Shown here in pieces: positions 35,301 to 46,400 of a stretch of DNA of 64,000 nt. This stretch comes from Callorhinchus milii (lineage: Eukaryota): the NCBI RefSeq assembly GCF_018977255.1, contig NW_024704759.1:5332001-5396000 (forward strand), written 5' to 3'. The stretch's first letter is position 1. Every line of letters starts with the position of its first letter. Under the pieces are notes generated by a model. That model was not told the origin of the DNA, ran no database searches, and saw nothing but the letters and a program-made list of their open reading frames with translations. The position numbers were made by a program, and so were the translations under genes.

Positions 35301-36576
35301 GACAAGTTTGCAGGACTATGGGGAGAGAGCGGGGGAGTGGGATTGATTTGGACAGTTCTTTTCAGAGAGCCGGCGCAGACACAATGGGCCGAATGGTCTC
35401 CTGTGCTGTATGATTCTATGAAAAGGCTATCTTCAATCTATGCTGTGTGCATTTGGCTGATGTGTTTCGCCCACAAAATTATAATATATTCTGTGAAGCA
35501 CTTTGAGACGTCTCGAAGATGTGATAAGGCACTTTATCAAATGCAAGGATTATTATTATATTATTGACTGAATTGGATTTTATACAAATGATACAGTTTG
35601 CCTGTATCTCGGACTGCGCATAAGTCACATTAAATGTTATGGTCCCGACTGATACGACTTGTGTGAGTTTTGCTGCACATTAAATTGTTTGTACTTCTTC
35701 TAATATTAAAATAAGAGCCAGGCAAATAACTTATTTTTTGTAACCATGTTGTCTTCAGACTAAATGTGCCTAAAGAGGTGCTGATTCCGCTAAATAAAAG
35801 AGACATAAGCAAGCTGACCATTCTGCAGAAAAGGCCCTTCATTGACTGGCAACCTCAATGGAAAAATGAAGTATGAGACTTTTTTTTGTTAATCAGTAAT
35901 ATATTTTCTAATCTTTGTGAAATGGATAACTTTCTATGTTGCACTAAGAAATTGAATACAATTTACACTAATATAGCATATACGACCTTTCTTGTCGGGT
36001 GGGGCGGGGGGCTCCAAAAACTACTGACAAATCTGGCTGGGCACAGGAGCTGAGGGAATGAGGAGAAAGATAATCGAACGCATAGTCAAAGAGATACATC
36101 AGGTTGCAGAAGTAGAGTAGGACGAGTGCATGGAGGGATTTAATGTGAGATTCAGGATCTTGAACGTGATCTGTTGAGGGATGGGGAGCCAATGGTACTG
36201 AGCAAGGATGAGGGGTGATAGGCTTGTGGAGCCTTGGACAGGAGAGGATGTGAGCTGCAGAGTTCTGGTTAGTCTGCAGGCTGTGCAGAGAAGAGCTGAG
36301 GAGTCCAGCAAGCAGTGTTGGTGTAATGCATGAAATGCACCAGTTCTTGTTTTAGTGACTGAGCGAGAAACTCAAGTAAATATATTGCACCACTTGATAC
36401 AAAATCAATACCATTGATACAATACCAATACTATTGCAATAACTTCTTTTTTTTAGATGGAAATAATGGAGAAGTGTAAAATGAAGGCTGAAATACAGGC
36501 CCTGGCATCAATTTCTTCTGACTATCTTACAAGAGTTTACTTACCAAACAAAATCAAGTTTGGAGGTTGGATATAA
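23020..36576 (+). CDS. SPO11: Meiotic recombination protein SPO11 (13 exons, 394 aa)
   Basis: Exons 23020-23144, 24219-24332, 25108-25196, 26208-26274, 27142-27250, 28653-28739, 30314-30350, 31084-31193, 31848-31947, 32599-32636, 33412-33488, 35759-35870 and 36457-36576 join in frame (1185 nt). Motifs TKRDLFY, VEKDATF, GKGVPD, DADPYG and KAEIQAL; ends FGGWI*. Confidence 0.97.
23325..23850 (-). mobile_element. L2 LINE fragment in SPO11 intron 1
   Basis: [26 protein letters not shown]. Confidence 0.7.
24219..24332 (+). CDS. SPO11: SPO11 exon 2
   Basis: 114 nt, [11 protein letters not shown]...RSSWENI. Confidence 0.92.
25108..25196 (+). CDS. SPO11: SPO11 exon 3
   Basis: 89 nt, FDDTVGLQM. Confidence 0.93.
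26208..26274 (+). CDS. SPO11: SPO11 exon 4
   Basis: 67 nt, [21 protein letters not shown]. Confidence 0.95.
27142..27250 (+). CDS. SPO11: SPO11 exon 5 (catalytic Tyr)
   Basis: 109 nt, [13 protein letters not shown]... Confidence 0.95.
28320..28625 (-). mobile_element. Full-length tRNA-derived SINE
   Basis: Homologous along its length to 32870-33190. Confidence 0.85.
28653..28739 (+). CDS. SPO11: SPO11 exon 6
   Basis: 87 nt, [24 protein letters not shown]. Confidence 0.94.
28935..29160 (-). mobile_element. CR1 3' fragment
   Basis: [15 protein letters not shown]; homologous to 11330-11550. Confidence 0.75.
29161..30040 (+). mobile_element. L2 LINE 3' fragment
   Basis: [24 protein letters not shown]; L2 tail ...AAATGTAAT..TTGTTG. 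Confidence 0.85.
30116..30225. mobile_element. Tc1/mariner-type MITE (110 bp)
   Basis: TA|CAGGGTGACCAAAACGTTGTGAT ... ATCACAATTTTTTGGTCACCCTG|TA; 23-bp TIRs (21/23 match) with TA TSD. Confidence 0.85.
30314..30350 (+). CDS. SPO11: SPO11 exon 7
   Basis: 37 nt, [12 protein letters not shown]; followed by U12 donor GTATCCTT. Confidence 0.92.
31084..31193 (+). CDS. SPO11: SPO11 exon 8 (Toprim)
   Basis: 110 nt, [19 protein letters not shown]. Confidence 0.94.
31848..31947 (+). CDS. SPO11: SPO11 exon 9
   Basis: 100 nt, [10 protein letters not shown]...VDADPY. Confidence 0.95.
32050..32414. mobile_element. Decayed Tigger/pogo-like MITE
   Basis: TA|CAGTCAAACTCTGTTATA left end and degenerate TATAAAGGAGTCTGATTA right end. 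Confidence 0.45.
32599..32636 (+). CDS. SPO11: SPO11 exon 10
   Basis: 38 nt, [12 protein letters not shown]. Confidence 0.94.
32870..33190 (+). mobile_element. Full-length young tRNA-derived SINE
   Basis: A box TAGCTCAGTGG, B box GAGTTCAATTCC, Deu-like body and (ATT)n tail; possible AATAT TSD. Confidence 0.9.
33412..33488 (+). CDS. SPO11: SPO11 exon 11
   Basis: 77 nt, [25 protein letters not shown]. Confidence 0.95.
33517..33597 (+). mobile_element. Short insertion flanked by an 11-bp TSD
   Basis: CTCTGTTAAGC at 33506-33516 and 33598-33608; related sequence at ~5199-5262. Confidence 0.7.
34215..35420 (+). mobile_element. CR1 LINE 3' portion (RT C-terminus) with nested SINE at 34996-35146
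   Basis: [25 protein letters not shown]; [13 protein letters not shown]; tail TATGATTCTATG. Confidence 0.9.
35759..35870 (+). CDS. SPO11: SPO11 exon 12
   Basis: 112 nt, [15 protein letters not shown]...WKNE. Confidence 0.93.
36457..36576 (+). CDS. SPO11: SPO11 exon 13 (stop)
   Basis: [16 protein letters not shown]...KFGGWI*. Confidence 0.95.
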   Translation: MEIMEKCKMKAEIQALASISSDYLTRVYLPNKIKFGGWI

Positions 36577-37940
36577 GCACAACAACTTACCGTTATATAA
36601 CGACTTCAACACATGGTAGCGTCTCATAGCACTCACTCGAGAAAAGGACTCAAGTAACTGATTCCTATTCCATTTGGAGGGATGTCTGGCTCAGCTCGTC
36701 GCACTCTCGCCTTTGAGCAGAAAGATGTTGGAATTTGGATTCACATTTATTGTTGAGATATTGCTTGAGACATTAAACCGAGGTCCTTTCTGTCTGTTTA
36801 GGTGGATATTAAAGATTCCATGGCACAACCTGAAAAGAGAAGGAAGTTTCTCTGGCGTCGTATCCCCTAAAAATCCCCCAAATAAAATTGGGCATTTATG
36901 TCATGGCTGTTTGTGACATGTTGCTGTGCACTCGCCCACAAAATACACAGTGACTCCACTTCACAGAAAATTCCATGAAGCGTCGCTCCAAGGCCAAAGG
37001 CCAAACAACGTTGGACACAACCTTATTGTCCTTGGTGACAGACACTATAGTTAGTCTGTCGTGTCACTTTACATGTTTTGTTGGTTGATTGCTAGTTTGC
37101 GTTATAAGCTTTTACAGTGCAGCAGGTGTTTTTTCAGTCAGCATATTCCAGATTTGGGGGATTCTGGTTGTGCCGCTCTCATATTGTTGATGGTTGACAT
37201 GCTACAAGGCAAGATTTGTGTCCCACGCTTAATGTGTTAAACAACAAAACCAAATTACATTTGTATAGCACCTTTCACATCTCCCGGTGTCATGGAAGTC
37301 TCACTTGTGTTAACAAATGAACATTAACAGCGGATGAAGTTTATGGTGAATAAAATATTAATTTTCACAATTTGTTATTTATTTATTTATTGGATAACGC
37401 TAACAAGTGTCAAGGGAAGGTTATTCAATATGATTAAATGGTCACTTTTTCACAAAATCCCTGACGCCTAATTTCGGTGATTTCACCGTTTCGCAATTTT
37501 ACCGGAAATCTCAGGGATTTCAGGTTTAGAATAATTTCAGGGACTTTGCGAAATCCCTGGTTCCGCAACTTCACTGCGGCGGCCGCGCGATTCCGATAAC
37601 ACGCGTTGCAACCGCTGTATTGAGTGAAATGACACGATTGGCCGTTGATTTCAGTTTACGCTCATTTGTGTTTCCTCAACTGTGCCGATCGGGGGTCGGG
37701 GGGGTGGGGGGGGGGAAAAAACAACACCGCAGCACGACAACAACCACACAGGGGGCCGCCCCCTCTCCCGCCGCGTTTCACCCGCAAGGCACGCGGTCGG
37801 CCAACGCGGCGCACTCCGTGAAGCGCTTCGAGACGTCGCGACGACGCGACGCCCACTCTCGGACGACTGGCGGATTCACGGTTATCGCAAACCCGTTCCG
37901 CTTCGAGGAAGGCGGCCGTTAAGGTTCACCGGTTCACTGA

Positions 37941-38272
37941 TAATAAATAATAATAATAATAATAATCCTTGCATTTGATATAGCGCTTTTCACGTCGGGA
38001 GGACGTCCCAAAGCGCTTCGCAGAACACACTGTAAAGTGAATTGACTGTATATTTGTGGGCGAACGCGGCAGCCAATTGCGCACAGCAATGTCCCACAAA
38101 CAGTCGTGGATTGAAAATGACCAATTTATTATTGTTTTTGGTTTTGGAGGGATTATTATTAGGCTCTGTGTGGAGTAAGGAAACTTGCCCAAGGTTTCAC
38201 CCTCTGCCTGGAATTGAACTCAGGTCTCTCGCTTGTAAAGCGAGTGCTCTAACCACTGAGCTACAGGACTCC
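37941..38272 (-). mobile_element. Full-length young tRNA-derived SINE just upstream of the RAE1 promoter
   Basis: Near-identical to 17866-18185. Confidence 0.9.
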
Positions 38273-38339
38273 TTAAATGATAAACATTTAAGTAACTTTG
38301 AATCGAACGGTGATTTTTTTTCCCCTTTCCCCTCACTTT

Positions 38340-38845
38340 TAAGATTGCACCGCAGCGATTGGGCGGTGACACGCGCTCAGCGGAACCGAACGGCGGCGGC
38401 GGCGGCGACCGGGGGGACGTGTTTGCGGGGGGGACACACGTGTGTGCGGCGGGGAACCGGGGGACGGGGACGGACGTCTCCAAGTCGGAAGTGCGTCATC
38501 CGCGTCACACCCCCCCGCTGGCTTCCTGCGTTCATTCACGGCCGCCGGGACGGTGCGAGGAGAGGCCGCGGGGTGAGGGGAGCCGCCCGGCCACAGGTGG
38601 GTAGTACCGGCGGCGGCCTCCACGCCGGGGTTTATTGGCTTCATGTGGTAATGCCCGAGCGGCCTCACCCCCGGTCAGGCCCCCGGTTGGCTCCCCCCGG
38701 GGGTAGGGGCGGTGGCAACTCTTGAAGCGCCTGTAACGTGTGGTGACCGTTTGTCACTGAACGCAGCAGTCGGTTTTGGTCAGGAATGAAGCCACTGCAA
38801 CATCGTTGAAGCCAGTGATCGGTTCTATCCGCGGGGGACTGTTGG
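38340..38845 (+). promoter_or_regulatory. CpG-island promoter and probable non-coding exon 1 of RAE1
   Basis: CpG-rich. ATTGG plus GGGCGG ~38358-38366; ETS CGGAAGT 38486-38492; candidate donor CAG|GTGGGT after 38596. Confidence 0.65.
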
Positions 38846-39169
38846 NNNNNNNNNNNNNNNNNNNNNNNNNNNNNNNNNNNNNNNNNNNNNNNNNNNNNNN
38901 NNNNNNNNNNNNNNNNNNNNNNNNNNNNNNNNNNNNNNNNNNNNNNNNNNNNNNNNNNNNNNNNNNNNNNNNNNNNNNNNNNNNNNNNNNNNNNNNNNNN
39001 NNNNNNNNNNNNNNNNNNNNNNNNNNNNNNNNNNNNNNNNNNNNNNNNNNNNNNNNNNNNNNNNNNNNNNNNNNNNNNNNNNNNNNNNNNNNNNNNNNNN
39101 NNNNNNNNNNNNNNNNNNNNNNNNNNNNNNNNNNNNNNNNNNNNNNNNNNNNNNNNNNNNNNNNNNNNN
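38846..39169. other. Assembly gap (N run)
   Basis: N bases. Confidence 1.
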
Positions 39170-40370
39170 TTTCCTCTCTTTTTTTTTTGGAATGTAGCTG
39201 TGAATCTTTTCACATCCGTCCGTCCGCCTTCCCGTAACGGACAGACTTGGTTTGACATCTCCCACCAGGGATGGCTCCTCTTGGCAACACCGCAGCGCAT
39301 CACCCCCCCCCCCCCCCCCAGCGCAGATCCGCAACGCGGGCGGGAATGTGGTCACCGAGACACAAGCAGTCAGCAGTGCCCCGGAGAGCTGAGGATCCGC
39401 CTGGTACAACAAGTTACATTTATGTGAGCGCCTTTCACGCCGGAAGGACGCCCCGAGGCGCTGGACTGCTATGGGTCAGCGCCCGAGCTGGGGGTTCAAA
39501 TCAAGAGGGGTGGGAGGGTGGCCAAAGGCACAGTCGAAGAGGAAGGTCTCGAGGTTGGAAGCTTGAAGGCTCAGGAACGATACAAAATTACGTCAGGAGA
39601 ACGTTCCAAAGCACTGGACAGTCAGTGATTTGGGCCCGAGCTGGGGTTCGGGTTCGGGGAGGGTCCCCCTATGACGGACCAAGATTGTCGTAGAGGATTT
39701 ATTGCTTCTGAACCCAAGTGTGGTACCTTACCATTCTTGTCCCTGCCCCTGGAAGGATATCTGTGTCAAATGCAAGGATTATATTAGTTTTTGTTCCACC
39801 ATCAATGGTGCTGGTTGTTACACGTGCCTATCGTGCTTTTACTGAAACACTGAAACATTTCCAATTCTCTTTCTTTGCCCTTTATATTGGGGATTGAACC
39901 TTTTTTTATAAATGTGTTTGTACAAGATAGAAATGAATATCTTACAATACAATTACATTTGTATAACGCCTTTCACGTTGGGAGGACGACCCAAGATTCG
40001 GAACTTAATCCGAATTCGAGCCCTAAGTCGGGAGTTTAAGCCTTGGCCCAGGCTGACATTACAATAAAGTGGGGTACGTATGCGTTGCACTGTTGGAGGT
40101 GAAGTCCTTTGGTTGTGACATTAAACAGATCCTGGGTGGTCCTAGTTGGACAAGCAGGGAGCTTACCGGATAGTGCCCTCAATGGCAACCTACTGCTCCA
40201 GCAGCATCCCAAAGAACACTGTGGGGGTAAACTGTATGTAATTTTAATGTACCCGTTATTTATCCAGTGTAGCTGTTTTGTATGGAGAAAAACACTTGAT
40301 TGTGGCTGTAAAGAGCTTGTTTCTGGTTGTTACAATACACTGACATAAATCATTTCATAGCAGAGCCAAA

Positions 40371-40454
40371 ATGAGCATATTTGGAACAAGTGGAGGGTTC
40401 GGAGCAGGGAGCATGTTTGGAGGCACGACTGCAGACAACCACAATCCTATGAAG
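40371..40454 (+). CDS. RAE1: RAE1 first coding exon
   Basis: [28 protein letters not shown]; TAGCAG tandem acceptor upstream. Confidence 0.93.
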
Positions 40455-43400
40455 GTACGGTACATTGGATGTGGGTACAGTGGGCAGTCATAGGGATCAA
40501 AGCAGTTTTTATTCTGGAAGTTTTGATGTGTAGAGGAGTGACTGATAGTGCTGGTATCACTACTGTGGCACGGCAGAAGCTGGACTGGAGCAACTCGAGC
40601 AGGGAGTGAGGGGGAATGGCTGAGTGGCAGGTTGGAGATGGGTCGGCTGCTAACCCCTTATCAACCTGTCTGCTCCCTCAGCTCAGCAGGCTCCGGGCTG
40701 CTCCATGTCCCCCACCCGGCGCCCCCAAAGTTGGAGGTCGGCCTTTCAGCCTCTCTGCCCCCACCCTCTGGCACTCAATCCCATATTCCCTTTGCCACGC
40801 TCCCTCCCATGCCTCCTTCAAGGCACACCTCAAGACCCTCCTCCTCGACTGTGCCTTTGGCCACCCTCTTTGCCCTCCACCCTTTCTGATGCCAACCCCC
40901 TCATGCTCGGATCCAATCGCTGACTGTTCAGCGCCTTGGGACATCCTCCTGACATGAAAGGAGCTTTACAAATGTAATTTTGTATTGTAAATGTGGATAA
41001 ATGCATGTGAGTGTTTCCTACAATCTTGCTGTTCATTGAGTTCTAGGCCCTATTGGAGATCGATGAAAACCTTAACCTTTTATTGAATCACTTTATACTA
41101 GTTTAATAATATTGTTTTCACAGGACATTGAAGTGACGTCTCCACCTGATGATAGTATCAGCTGTCTCGAATTTAGTCCTCCCTCGTTACCCGGCAACTT
41201 CTTGATCGCAGGTTCTTGGGCCAATGATGTGAGTAAAAGGTCCAGAATGCATTGATATAAATGCTTAGAAATATCTTCCACCCTTCCTCATCCTTTTTTT
41301 TTAAACAAATTGTTTGATTTTTGAAGGTTCGATGTTGGGAGATCCAGGACAATGGACAGACTGTCCCAAAGGCACAGCAGATGCACACAGGTCCCGTCCT
41401 GGATGTCTGTTGGAGCGATGTAGGTACATTTTTATTCATATTTTTAAAAAAAATTATTGTTTCAATACAAAAGTTTTTGCTTTTAGCACTAGTTTCAAAG
41501 AACCTTCTGTCATGAGCAAATCTGAAAGATTAGTTAAAAACCTAGAAGTAAGAGTACGTTAATGACAGTCGAAGCAAATGGGAATTTGGAAAATCTAAAG
41601 GTTTTTTGTTTTTTTGTCTGACAAATGCAGAAACCCATCACCACGCGTAAGAGTATCCAAACCAGACCGAGTTCTGAATATACCGTAAGCATTTGGAAAT
41701 TCCCGTGTCTGGAATGAAAGGCGCACTCTCCCCAAAGAGACGTACCCTGCTTACCTAATTCTGGAGAGTATTAGGTGCAGGTTGGCAATAGCCATGGGGA
41801 CCCGAGTGTGCGTGTTGGGGAACTTTGACCAGCTATAACTGTGTAGCTTTCCATTGAAAGTGCTCTGTTGTCAAGCTTCTTGCTGCATGTCCAGCTTGGA
41901 TCACCCTGTGAATGCCAAATTTGGTTATTCACTTCATGGCTGTAAACTTGTAATTTATTTTGTGACTGTTTGTGGGACATTGCTGTGTGCAAATTGGCTG
42001 CTGCTCTTGCCCACAAAACGCACAGTAACCACACTTTACAGTGTATCCTGGGATCTCCTCCTGACATGAAAGGCACTATGCCAAATATAAATATTATGAT
42101 TGCTCGTTAGGGCTTTGATGTGCAGGTTTAACAGGAGCTGAGTGGGAATAATCGCTGCCCCTGAAAATTCTGCTGGTTAGCCAGGCTGGCTGGTCTGTCA
42201 TCAGCAGGACTCTGGAACTGGACTGCTGAGTATTGACTTGATTCCAATATTGCATTGTCAAGTTTGTCCTCTTGGAACCACTTCAGCTCCATGGAGACCT
42301 CGCTTACCTCCTCTGCAGGAGGATAGATAGGCTTATTGCAACAAGTTGAAGAATCTAATGTTGTGAAACAATGTTTGTTTACAGGATGGCAGCAAAGTTG
42401 TCACAGCATCGTGCGATAAAACTGCCAAGATGTGGGATCTCAACAGTAACCAGGCTATACAGATTGCACAGGTGATTGGAAGAGAAATTCCTGCTAGCAG
42501 GGACGTACAGAATAAAGCACATCCAAATCAACAGAGCTTCCTTATACTATTTCTGATTTAACGTACTTATTTCTTTAAAAAGTGGAGACTAAGCAAGCAA
42601 AATGACAAACAAATGGTTCAAATGTTAATTGAAAAATTGTGCTAATGCTTAATGCTTTTGGGACTGAACACACTCAGCTTCGGTGCCCTAGCTTACAATC
42701 CCTCAATTTAAATTGGTCATTTGCTTCATGTTTGTGAGACGTAGCGGTGCGTAAATTGGCTGCTGTGATCACCTACAAAATATACAGTCATTGCGCTTTA
42801 CAGTAAATCATGTTCCTCACTCTATCCACCCCACCTGTGGCAGGTAGACTTTCAACCATTCTGCCCCATTCTCTAGCCTGGAGTCCCTCCAACTTGCTCC
42901 CTCTTCTTTCAAGGAACATAGAATTATACAGCAGAGAAGGAGGCTATTCGGCTCATTCGTGTCTGCTGGTTCTTTGAAAAGAGCTATCCAAATCAATCCC
43001 ACTCCTCTCTCTCCCCATAGCCCTGTAAGCTTGTCCTCCACAAATAATTATCAACCTTTCTCTTAAACGTTGTAATCAAATCGGCTTCGACCACCTTTTC
43101 AGCCATTGCTTTCCAGATGCGAACAACTCGCTGTGAGAAAAAAATTCTTCTCACCTCCCCTCTTTTAACAATTATTTTAAATCGATGCCCTCAGGTTACC
43201 GACCCACCCACCAGTGGAAATAGTTTCTCCTTGTTCACCCTATCGAATCCCCTCATAATTTTGAAAACTTCTATTAAGTTTCCTCTTTACCTTCTCTGCT
43301 CCAAGGAGAATAATCCCGGCTTCTCTATCCTCTCCTGATAACTGAAGTCCCTAATTTCTGGTACCATCCTGGTAAATTTCCTTTGTACCCTCTTCAATGC

Positions 43401-46400
43401 CTTGACATCCTCCCTAAAGTGTGGTGCCCAGAACTGAACACAGTGTCTACCTGAGGCCTAACCAGTGTTTTACAAAGGATCATCATAACTTCTTGACTTT
43501 TATATTCTATGCCCCTATTTATAAAGCCTAGTATCCCATATGCTTTTTTTTTTAAACAGCTTTATCTATTTGTCCTGCCACCTTCAAAGATTTACTTATA
43601 TGAACCCCCGGGTCCTTCACCCCCTTTAAGATTGTACCATCAGCTCATATTGTCTCTCTTTATTCTTCCTCCCAAAATGCATCACTTTGCATTTCTCCAC
43701 ATTAAACTTCATCTGCCCCGTGTCTGCCCACTTTACCAGTCTGTCTGTCCTTTTGCTACTATCCTCTACAACGTTTACACCATTTCAAAGCTTAGCATCA
43801 TCTGCAAGTTGTACTCCCTATACCCAAGTCCAGGTTATTTGCATACCTTGAGCACCGTCAACCTTTTTTGTACCTCCTCTCTGTTTATTATCTTATCCAA
43901 TTTCTCTACCCTCTCTTCCAACACTGTAGCATTGTCTACATGCTCTTCTTTTGTGGAGACAGATCCAAAGTACTCATTCAGTACGTCAGCTATGCACTCC
44001 TTCCACAAGAAGGTTTCCTCTTTAGTCCCTAATTGGCCCACCCTACCTTTGACTAACCTTTTATTCTTTATATGCTGATAAAATACCTTAGGGTTCCTTT
44101 TTATCTTACCCGCTAATCTTTTCTCATACAGACTCTCTGCCCCTCCTATTTCCTTTTTCAGTTCTCTGCACTTTCTGTATTCTATTTGATTATCTTCTGT
44201 ATTTTGGACCTGACATATATTGTAAGACACCTTCTTTTGTATGTTTTTTTAATTCCAATTTCCTTAGTTATCCAGAGAGGTTTGGATGCCCTACCTTTCC
44301 CCTTTGTGGGAATGTATTTGTTCTGTCCCCGAACTATCTCCTCCTTGAAGGCTCATTGCTCGTTAGCTGTTTTACCGGCCAGTCTTACTTTCCAATCCAC
44401 CTTGGCTAGGTCACTTTTTAACTCACTGAAATTTTCAAGTTGAGTATCTTCACCTTTGATTGTTCCTTGTTCCTTTCCATAAGTATTCTAAACCTAATGA
44501 TATTGTGATCATTGTTGGCTAGATGCTCTCTCACTGAACCCTGCTCCACTTGCCCCACTTCATTATTTCCTTAGAACTAGATCCAGCACTGCTTCCTTCC
44601 TCGTTGGCTGGAAACATATTGATCCAGAAAGTTATCCTGCACACATTTCAGGAATCCTTCCCCTTCCTTTGCCCTTTGCCAGTCTATATTAGGATAATTG
44701 AAGTCCCCCATTATTACTACTCTATTGATTTTGCATCTTTTGGAAATTTGCTTGCAGATTTGCTCCTCTATCTCCTTTCCACGACTTGGTGGTCCATAGT
44801 ATAGACCTAACAGAGTAACAGCTCCTTTTCTGCTCCTTAACTCTAACTAAATAGATTCTGTTTTGGGTCCCTCTTGCACATCGTCCCTTTCTCGGGCTGT
44901 AACCATGTCTTTAATCAATATTGCCAGCCCCTCTTTTTTTCCTTCCCTATCTCTCCTGAATACGTTGTAGCCAGGAATATTCAGCTCCCATTCCTGCCCT
45001 TGTTTGAGCCAGGTCTCTGTTATTGCCACTACATCATAACCCCAAGTGGTAATTTGAGCCGCACCTCACCAACTCCGTACATTTACTCACATACATTCCA
45101 AGACCGATTTAATCTGCTCTTTTTCTCCTCTCTGATGCTGCATCCTGATTCTCTTCCCCCCTCAAAATTAGTTTAAACCCTTCCCCTGAGCACTAATTAA
45201 CCTCCCTGTAAGGAAGGATATTTCACGTGTAACCCATCCACCTTGTACAGGCCCCACCTGCCCCAGAACTGACCCCAATGTTCCAGGAACCTGAAGCCTT
45301 TCTTTCTGCACCATTTCTCCAGCCATGCATTCATGGGTTTGTTCCTGCTGTTTTGATACTCATACGATGCACTGGGGATAATCCAGAGATCACCACCTTT
45401 GAGGTCATGCTCATTAGCATTTTCCGTAGCTTCTGATACTCTCCCTGTAGGATCTCAGCCCTTTTTTTCCCCTAAGTCATGGATCCCAACATGGACCATG
45501 ACTTCTGGATGTTCCCCTTCTGCCTGTAGAATATTTTGCACCCGTTCCGTGAAGTCTTTAACCATGGCACCAGGGAGACAACATACCATGTGAGAGGGAT
45601 GTCCTCCAGTGCCTTGGGATGTCCTCCCGACATGAAAGGCGCTCTATAAATATAATTTTGTCGTTGTTGAGAGTCACATCTTTGGTTGCAGAAACGCCTG
45701 TCTACTCCTTTCACCATTGTATCCCCAATGCCAATTGCATTGACACTCTTCCCTGTCGTCGTCCCCCCCCGTGTATCCATTTGCTTTTGACCCTTGCTCA
45801 CACTACTTAATACTTAACACCTACTTCCCCAGGAATGTTACCATTGGTTTAGGCGCCTCCGTGTCTAGACACACCAATATAAATATGTAAACAATTTATT
45901 TATTATCACCTTTTGTCCCTCGCTCACACCCCTTAATGCTTAACATCTACTTTACATCTACTTCCCCAGGAATGAAAACAAAGTTCTCACTTGCACCTCC
46001 TTCCCCCTCTGCATAGAATTCCCACTCTCACCAAATTCCTCAACAGAAGCCTCAATCTGTTCCACCTCACTCAGTTCCCTCCTCATTCTGCTGAGCGCTG
46101 GGCTCTCTGCTCTCAGAATGTACCACTTTGACCAGGCTTTTGATCATCATTCTCCTCCCACTTCCGCACTTATTGTTAAGTGCTTTGAGACATCCTCTTA
46201 ATGTGTAAAGTGGAAATTGTAAATAAATGTATAATTGTATTATAAATCATGTGAAGTGCTTTGAGATATATCAGATGCAAGGCTTATTTTATATTCTCTA
46301 ACTTTAATATCACATTGTCAAAACACCTAGCTTTAAGAGATTACTTAGTTTTGTTTCAAATGGAAGAGAAGGAATACCAAATGGGTGGATTCCCACTCAA

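Noticed and set aside
37445-37580. Possible DNA-transposon end with repeated AAATCCCTG/CAGGGATTT motifs
   Set aside because: I could not find a matching second terminus or TSD, so it is left uncalled.
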